DNA of 64,000 nucleotides from Candidatus Nomurabacteria bacterium. Lineage in GTDB: Bacteria > Patescibacteriota > Patescibacteriia > UBA1558 > GWA2-36-10. The stretch covers positions 642,732-706,731 of the forward strand of contig JACKFO010000002.1 in NCBI GenBank assembly GCA_020632415.1, written 5' to 3'. The position numbers were made by a program, and so were the translations under genes. Positions 58,127-64,000 of the stretch are shown piece by piece. The notes under the pieces were generated by a model. It searched no databases. It worked only from the letters and a program-made list of their open reading frames with translations, and was not told the origin of the DNA. Numbering within the stretch: position 1 is the first letter of the stretch; each line of letters opens with the position of its first letter.

Positions 58127-58696
58127 ATGATTGCTTACTTAGAAGGTTTGGTTTTTAAAAAAAATAACAAGAATTTAATTTTGTTAGTTAATAATATTGG
58201 CTATCTAGTTTCTTTGAGTGTTAAGGATTTAGAGGTCTTAAAACTCGAGCAAAAACTTAGTCTTTTTATTCATACTCACGTCAAAGAAGACGCTTTAGAT
58301 TTGTATGGTTTTTTAAAACAAGAGCAGTTAGAATTTTTTCAGCAATTAATTTCTGTTTCCGGTGTTGGTCCAAAAAGCGCCCTGAACATCATTTCTCTGG
58401 CTTCGCTAGAAGACCTAAAAAAAGCCATTACCTCTGGAGACCCAAGCATTTTACAGCAAGTCTCTGGGATTGGTAAAAAAACAGCCGAGCGCTTGGTTGT
58501 GGAGCTAAAAGAAAAAATAATTACCGACTTGTCCGTTGGTTTTGAACAAAAACTAATTGGCGATCAACAGCTTATCGAAGCTCTGCTTTCCTTGGGTTAC
58601 AAAGAAAGAGAAATTAGAGAGGCTCTAAACATCATAAAACCAGAAGGTGAGCTGGGGGAAAAAGTTAAACAAACCTTAAAATTTTTAGCAAAATAA
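58127..58696 (+). CDS. ruvA: Holliday junction branch-migration protein RuvA
   Basis: MIAYLEGLV N-terminus; two helix-hairpin-helix motifs VSGVGPKSALNI and VSGIGKKTAERL. Confidence 0.8.
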   Translation: MIAYLEGLVFKKNNKNLILLVNNIGYLVSLSVKDLEVLKLEQKLSLFIHTHVKEDALDLYGFLKQEQLEFFQQLISVSGVGPKSALNIISLASLEDLKKAITSGDPSILQQVSGIGKKTAERLVVELKEKIITDLSVGFEQKLIGDQQLIEALLSLGYKEREIREALNIIKPEGELGEKVKQTLKFLAK

Positions 58697-58700
58697 TTTA

Positions 58701-59714
58701 ATGGAAGTCTTAGTTAAAAATACCAACCAGGAAGTTTTTTTAAGCGCTAGATTTTTAAGCGGAGCTTTTTTACAAAGCGATCTTTGGAAAGATTTTTTGT
58801 CAGCGCAGCAGAAAAGATTTTGGCAAATTACAACTTGGGAAAAAGACGAACTTTTGGCTTTGTGTTTGCTGTACGAAAATAAATTGCCGCTCGGAAAGAG
58901 TTATTTATACGCACCAAAAGGACCGGTTTTTAAAAATGATTTAGACGAAGAAATGCGAGCAGAGGCCTTGAGGCTTATTCTTTCTAAGACTCGAGACTTA
59001 ACAATTGAAACTAAAAAAATAGAAGAGGTTTTTTTGCGTCTAGAAGCAAGCGACGAACTTGTTTCTGTTGACGGACTGATTGACTCGGAGTCTACTCAAC
59101 CAAAAGACACTTTGTTTTTGGATTTAAAAAAAGACACAAAAGAATTGTTAGCTGCAATGCACCCAAAGACTAGATACAACATTAGCTTGGCAATTAAAAA
59201 AGGCGTCAAGATTGTGGTTAGCGAAAAAGAAGAAGATCTAAAATATTTTTTAGAGTTAAATAAGAAAACCTCTTCTCGTCAGCAAATCAGCAGTCACCCA
59301 GAAAAATATTATCAATTACTTTGGCAAACTCTTTTGAAAAACAGGGCTGGAAAATTATATTTAGCTTATTTAGGAAAAGAGGTTGTGGCTGTAAATTTGA
59401 TTTTAAACTTTGCGCAAACCAGCACATATTTGCACGGAGCTTCTGATTACCAATTTAGAAAGTATATGGCGCCACATCTTTTGCAGTGGCAAGCAATCAA
59501 AGATGCGCAAAGCGCTGGTATGCTTTATTATGATTTTTGGGGAGTAGCACCAAAAGATGGTAGTAAACCAAAATGGGAGGGCTTTACTAGATTTAAAGAA
59601 GGTTTTGGTGGTCAAAGAATTTCTGCTCCAAGAGCCAAAATTTTTGTTTACCAAGAAAACCTTTATCAAGCTTATCAATTTTTTAAAAAACTAAAAAAGT
59701 TTTTGAGATTTTAA
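58701..59714 (+). CDS. FemAB-family aminoacyltransferase (peptidoglycan interpeptide/lipid II modification)
   Basis: N-terminal FLQS..W pattern and size typical of FemX/FemAB GNAT-fold proteins; adjacent to the Mur ligase. Confidence 0.5.
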   Translation: MEVLVKNTNQEVFLSARFLSGAFLQSDLWKDFLSAQQKRFWQITTWEKDELLALCLLYENKLPLGKSYLYAPKGPVFKNDLDEEMRAEALRLILSKTRDLTIETKKIEEVFLRLEASDELVSVDGLIDSESTQPKDTLFLDLKKDTKELLAAMHPKTRYNISLAIKKGVKIVVSEKEEDLKYFLELNKKTSSRQQISSHPEKYYQLLWQTLLKNRAGKLYLAYLGKEVVAVNLILNFAQTSTYLHGASDYQFRKYMAPHLLQWQAIKDAQSAGMLYYDFWGVAPKDGSKPKWEGFTRFKEGFGGQRISAPRAKIFVYQENLYQAYQFFKKLKKFLRF

Positions 59715-59730
59715 AATTAATTTTTTTAAA

Positions 59731-60456
59731 ATGATTAAAAAAGCTTTAATTTCAGCAGCGGGTCGTGGTACTAGAATGCTTGATTTTGCCAAGGACAAAC
59801 CAAAACATTTAATTGAGGTTGGCGGCAAGCCTTTTTTGTATTACTTGTTAAACAATTTAAAAAAAGCTGGATTTTTGGATATAGTCATGGTGGTTGGTTA
59901 CAAAAAAGAAATTATGGATTTATTTCTAGAAGAATACAAAGATGATTTTAATGTCACGGTGGTTAATCAATTTGAAATTTTAGGAGATAAAAAATACGGA
60001 ACAGCCTGTCCACTTGAGTGTGTCAAAGATTTGTTAAAAGGCGAGAGCTTCTTATCAGTTTACGGTGATAATTTATACGCCGTTGAAGACTTAAAAAACT
60101 TTAATCTTGATGATCAGTATCATTATGTCGCTGGCTTAAAACACGAGCAACCACAAAATTATGGCGTTTTGCATTTGGATGAGCAAGGCTTTTTGCAGGA
60201 GATAATTGAAAAGCCAGTAGAGTTTGTTGGTGATTTAATCAACACGGGTTTGTATAAATTTACAGCAGAGGTTTTTGATTATTTAGATCAAATTTCTTTA
60301 TCTCCGCGCGGCGAATATGAGCTAACTGATGTGATTAATTTATTGGCTCAACAAAAAAAAGTAAAAGCAAAAAATTTAACAGACATTTGGTTTGACTTTG
60401 GTAAACCACAAGACATTGTCAAGGTGGAAGAATACATTAAAGAAAAATATGCTTAA
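59731..60456 (+). CDS. sugar-phosphate nucleotidyltransferase (RmlA/GlmU-N-like)
   Basis: KALISAAGRGTRM signature G-x-G-T-R-M nucleotide-binding motif. Confidence 0.6.
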   Translation: MIKKALISAAGRGTRMLDFAKDKPKHLIEVGGKPFLYYLLNNLKKAGFLDIVMVVGYKKEIMDLFLEEYKDDFNVTVVNQFEILGDKKYGTACPLECVKDLLKGESFLSVYGDNLYAVEDLKNFNLDDQYHYVAGLKHEQPQNYGVLHLDEQGFLQEIIEKPVEFVGDLINTGLYKFTAEVFDYLDQISLSPRGEYELTDVINLLAQQKKVKAKNLTDIWFDFGKPQDIVKVEEYIKEKYA

Positions 60457-61744
60457 TTTTTTTAGAAAAATTACTCCTCGCTTTTTAAAACAAGCCTATC
60501 ACTGGTTCTTGGCAAGAGTTGCGGCTTTGTTTTATTTTTTTCCTAGCAACAAACTAATCGTAATCGGGGTTACCGGAACCAACGGCAAAACTACCACGGT
60601 TAATTTGATTTCTCAAATTTTAGAAGCTTTAGGTGAAAAAGTTTTTTTAAGTTCAACTGTAAATTTTAAGCTCGGCAAAAAAGAGTGGTTGAATAATAAA
60701 AAAATGACCATGCTTGGTCGTTTTGCTACGCAAAAATTATTAAGACAAGCAGTCAAAGAAAATTGCCGTTTTGCAATAATCGAAAGCTCCTCTCAGGGCA
60801 TTGACCAGTTTCGTCACCTGGGAATAAATTATGATTTAGTAGTTTTTACCAATTTGACGCCAGAGCACATTGAAGCGCATGGCGGTTTTGAAAACTACCG
60901 AGCAGCCAAAGAAAAATTATTTAAACATTTATCAAATAGTAGACGTAAAATAGTTTTTGGCAAAAAAATTAATAAAATTATTATTAGCAACGCCGATGAC
61001 TCAGAAACCGAAAGATTGAAAAAATATTCGGTTGATCAATTTGTTACTTACGGCTTTCAAAATTCTGCTGATTTTCAAGCGAAAAATTTAATCTTAGAAA
61101 GTGGTTTAGTTTCTTTTGAGCTTGGACAAGAAAAAATCAAAACCAAACTTTTAGGAAAATTTAATGCTTATAATATTTTAGCTAGCATCGTAGCAGTTAA
61201 AAATTTAGGTTTTTCTGAAACTGAGATTTTAAAAACAAGCTTTCAAGGTGTTCCTGGAAGACAAGAGTTGATTGAAAACAACAAAGGATTCCAAGTGATG
61301 GTTGATTACGCTCCAGAGCCAGAATCTCTAAAACAACTTTATCAGGCTTTAAAAAATTTAAATTATCATAAACTAATTCACGTTTTAGGTTCTTGTGGTG
61401 GCGGCAGAGATCGTGCTCGTCAGCCAATTTTAGGAGAAATGGCCGGGCAGTTTGCTGATATTGTTGTTGTGACCAACGAGGATCCTTATGATGATGATCC
61501 GCAAGAGATTATGACCAATGTGTCAGCTGGCGCAATTAAGGCTGGTAAAGAGGCAAATAAGAACCTGTACGAGGTTCTAGATCGTAAACAAGCAATCATC
61601 AAGGCCTTGTCTCTGGCCAAAAGTGGGGATTTAGTTTTAATTACCGGTAAAGGAGCGGAACAATTTATTTGTGGCCGCAATGGTCAGAAAATTTTACACG
61701 ATGATCGACAGGTGGTTAGGGAATATTTTCAGAGAATTAAATAA
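60449..61744 (+). CDS. Mur ligase family protein (MurE/MurT-like)
   Basis: VIGVTGTNGKTTT ATP-binding motif, central and C-terminal Mur ligase domains; start ATGCTTAA overlaps the upstream stop. Confidence 0.6.
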   Translation: MLNFFRKITPRFLKQAYHWFLARVAALFYFFPSNKLIVIGVTGTNGKTTTVNLISQILEALGEKVFLSSTVNFKLGKKEWLNNKKMTMLGRFATQKLLRQAVKENCRFAIIESSSQGIDQFRHLGINYDLVVFTNLTPEHIEAHGGFENYRAAKEKLFKHLSNSRRKIVFGKKINKIIISNADDSETERLKKYSVDQFVTYGFQNSADFQAKNLILESGLVSFELGQEKIKTKLLGKFNAYNILASIVAVKNLGFSETEILKTSFQGVPGRQELIENNKGFQVMVDYAPEPESLKQLYQALKNLNYHKLIHVLGSCGGGRDRARQPILGEMAGQFADIVVVTNEDPYDDDPQEIMTNVSAGAIKAGKEANKNLYEVLDRKQAIIKALSLAKSGDLVLITGKGAEQFICGRNGQKILHDDRQVVREYFQRIK

Positions 61745-61765
61745 AAAATTAATTTTAAAGCAAAA

Positions 61766-61800
61766 AGAAAGCCGGCGCGTGGAATGCGTCGGCTTTTGAC
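61766..61800. terminator. bidirectional GC-rich terminator
   Basis: aagccggcgcgtggaatgcgtcggctt flanked by A-run and tttt, between convergent genes. Confidence 0.4.
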
Positions 61801-61818
61801 GATCAAGGTCGTCACCAC

Positions 61819-62325
61819 TCATTTCTTCTGGAAGGGATTGCGGAATGGTCCGTCTCCTTCCGTGTCACCGTGAAAAAGTTTGAGGTAGTGGTGATGCAGT
61901 AGATCACCCAAGATGCAGCTGAGACCAACTGCGATCAAGAGGCGATCTAGTTGCCAATTGGTTACTTCAGCGAAGAAACCAACAACGACCATTAAAGCTC
62001 CCCAGTGAGCATGGTGAATGCCTATGCGTCGTCCCTTGTGAACGATGTACAAGCGCTCATTTTTTCCCTGCTTACCAAAGACATAGCGAAAGAGTAACAT
62101 TGTGGCCTCTTGGAAGACGATTGTTCCCAAGAGAAACCAAAGAAACTCAATGTTGGTCATGGTCTGGAAGAAGCTGATCAGTTGTTCGAACTTGAGGTTG
62201 GAAATTTCTCGAGAGTTTTCCCAGCTATTGGTCCAGAGCCAACTCATCCAGTAGAAACTGAGCAGAAGCAAAAAACTTGTAATCAGGAGAAAAAGTCCTT
62301 TGCTAGGCTTGCTTTGCGTTTGCAT
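61819..62325 (-). CDS. 168-aa membrane protein in GC-elevated island (hypothetical)
   Basis: 4 TM; His-rich loop GIHHAHWG and LLHHHYLKLFHGD; GC clearly above the flanks. Confidence 0.45.
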   Translation of the reverse strand: MQTQSKPSKGLFLLITSFLLLLSFYWMSWLWTNSWENSREISNLKFEQLISFFQTMTNIEFLWFLLGTIVFQEATMLLFRYVFGKQGKNERLYIVHKGRRIGIHHAHWGALMVVVGFFAEVTNWQLDRLLIAVGLSCILGDLLHHHYLKLFHGDTEGDGPFRNPFQKK

Positions 62326-62655
62326 GGCAATAATCCTTTTGTCTTTAGATGGAAGTTTAGTAGCAAAATGTGAAGGATCGAATGATTAATATTAACATAT
62401 ATTTAATATTTTGTCAAGCACATGGTATTAAATTTCGGGTTTTTATCAGCAAAACAGCTTTTTATTTTTAATTTTAGCTAAAAAATGTGGATAACTTGAG
62501 GGTAAATCACCTCTTCTGGGGATTAGTTTGGCTGATCTTAGGTGAAAAAGCTTGAAAATTTGACAAAGCTAGAAATAGCTATCTCATAAAATTTAGCTAA
62601 TATTAGATAAGATAATTAAAAAAGAGCGACTTTTAAACTTTTTATGAAAGTCTTC

Positions 62656-62684
62656 TTGACAACTCTAAAAAAAACTACTAATAT
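62656..62684 (+). promoter_or_regulatory. sigma70-like promoter (TTGACA-17-TAATAT) upstream of rpoB
   Basis: ttgaca actctaaaaaaaactac taatat. Confidence 0.35.
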
Positions 62685-62829
62685 ATAAGCATGCAAATTT
62701 TGTCGACTAAACCCTTTTTAGTCTAGAAAATTAAATAACTGACCTCAGTGATTTTCCGGGGTGAGTTTATTTTTTGTCTAAAATCGTAGTTAAAATCGGC
62801 GGATTAAAAATTATCTTTAAGAACTTCTA

Positions 62830-64000
62830 TGTCCCCCAAAAAAGCCCCAAACACTACTCGCGAGTATTTTGATACTCTACGAGAGTCTATTCCTTTGACT
62901 GATTTAGTCGAGGTACAAAAAAATTCATACAACTGGTTTTTTAAAGACGGTCTAAAAGAGTTGTTTGAAGAAGTCTCCCCAATTAAAGATTTTATTGGTC
63001 GTGATCTAGAATTATATTTTTTAGATTACTATTTAGATGAACCAAAATTTGACGAGGTGACCGCCAAAGCTAAAAATACTACTTTTGAAGCTCCGTTGCG
63101 AGTCAATATTCGTTTGTTAAATAAAAAAACCAACGAAATCAAAGAACAGGAAATTTATCTTGGTGATTTTCCAGTCATGACCGAACGTGGTACTTTTGTG
63201 ATCAATGGCGTAGAAAGAGTAGTGGTTTCTCAGTTGATCAGAAGTGCAGGCGTCTTTTTTACTTCTCAAATTTTACGTGGTCGTAGACACTATGGCGCAA
63301 AGATTATTCCTAATCGTGGAGCATGGCTTGAAATTGAAACCGACGCCAATAACGTGATCTATGTTAAGATTGATCGTAAAAGAAAAGTAGCAGTTACTGC
63401 TTTGTTGCGAGCCTTGGGCGTTTCAACAGATGAAGAAATTAAAAAACTATTTGCCGACGTTGATGTTCATCCAGAAGTAAAATTTATCGAAAAGACCTTA
63501 GAGAAAGACACCTCAAACGATGAAGCAACCGGATTAAAAGAAGTTTACAAACGTATTCGTCCAGGAGACTTAGCGACCGTGGACAATGCTCGATCTTTGA
63601 TTCATGCAATGTTTTTTAATTTTGATCGTTATGACTTTGGTCGCGTTGGTCGTTATAAAATTAATTCTCGTTTTAGTTTAGATTTAGCAAACAATAAAGA
63701 AACTAGAGTCTTAAGAATCGAAGACTTGGTTTTGACTGTTAAAGAAATTATTCGTTTGAATTTAAGCCAAGACGAAGCTGATGATATTGATCACTTAGGA
63801 AACAGAAGAGTTAGAGCTGTTGGTGAGTTGGTTCAAAATAAGTTCCGCATTGGGCTTGCTCGAATGGAAAGAATCATTCGAGATCGCATGAGTACTTTGG
63901 ATATTAATAATATTTCACCAAATCAATTAATCAACGCTCGTCCGGTAATTGGTTCGATCAAGGAATTTTTCATGAGTTCACAATTGTCTCAATTCATGGA
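62830..64000 (+). CDS. rpoB: DNA-directed RNA polymerase subunit beta (3' end outside window)
   Basis: Open frame from the ATG at 62830 to the window end; ...FFKDGLKELFEEVSPI...VMTERGTFVINGVERVVVSQL... is the RpoB N-terminus. Confidence 0.85.

Overview
The window is AT-rich (roughly one-third G+C by eye) and gene-dense, consistent with a small-genome, CPR/Patescibacteria-like bacterium. That lineage guess rests on low GC, split transketolase, archaeal-type cmk, an EndoQ-like gene, lamin-tail-domain surface proteins and unlinked rRNA genes; it is an inference, not a database result.

Features supported by the sequence:
- A canonical replication-origin neighbourhood: rnpA-rpmH divergent from dnaA-dnaN-ruvA, with DnaA-box-like 9-mers in both flanking intergenic regions.
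- A complete rRNA set on the minus strand, but with 16S (26.4-27.9 kb) separated by about 12 kb and ten protein genes from 23S-5S (10.6-14.0 kb). Each has its own TTGACA-17-TAnnAT promoter.
- Thirteen tRNAs.
- Ribosomal and RNA-processing genes: rplS, rpsP, rpmF, rpmH, trmD, rnc, rnpA and a KhpA-like KH protein.
- Cell-division and replication genes: smc, ssb, rnhB, and rpoB (5' end only, 3' truncated).
- A type IV pilus ATPase (pilT) and a giant repeat-containing pilin.
- An oxidative-folding cluster: two DsbA, VKOR, TrxB and CcdA.
- A CsoR-like regulator in operon with trxA-trxB-gdhA-rnhB.
- A cobalamin-salvage-like trio: CobO, a DUF4430-like protein and a membrane protein.
- An EndoQ-like PHP nuclease, a NusB-NUDIX fusion, bactofilin, yidC/yidD, and a peptidoglycan-related FemAB, nucleotidyltransferase and Mur-ligase cluster.

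The most striking unexplained signal is a set of six short islands with much higher GC (roughly 50-60% by eye) embedded in the AT-rich background. They lie near 14.5-15.5, 33.0-33.8, 39.2-39.9, 45.4-46.7, 50.4-50.8 and 61.8-62.3 kb.
- Five islands encode proteins I do not recognise, mostly small membrane proteins plus 183-aa and 315-aa soluble proteins. Each has a host-type consensus promoter and a strong GC hairpin terminator.
- The 33-kb island has no credible ORF but carries three intrinsic terminators, so it likely encodes structured RNA.

Other notable items are a candidate sRNA with a perfect sigma70 promoter and terminator (35.7-35.96 kb), a lysine-rich protein encoded by perfect 45-bp tandem repeats, and a TTAGCTAA dyad motif. 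No CRISPR array and no obvious transposase or integrase were seen.

Hand-counted coordinates (tRNAs, promoters, terminators, internal starts) may be off by 1-2 nt.
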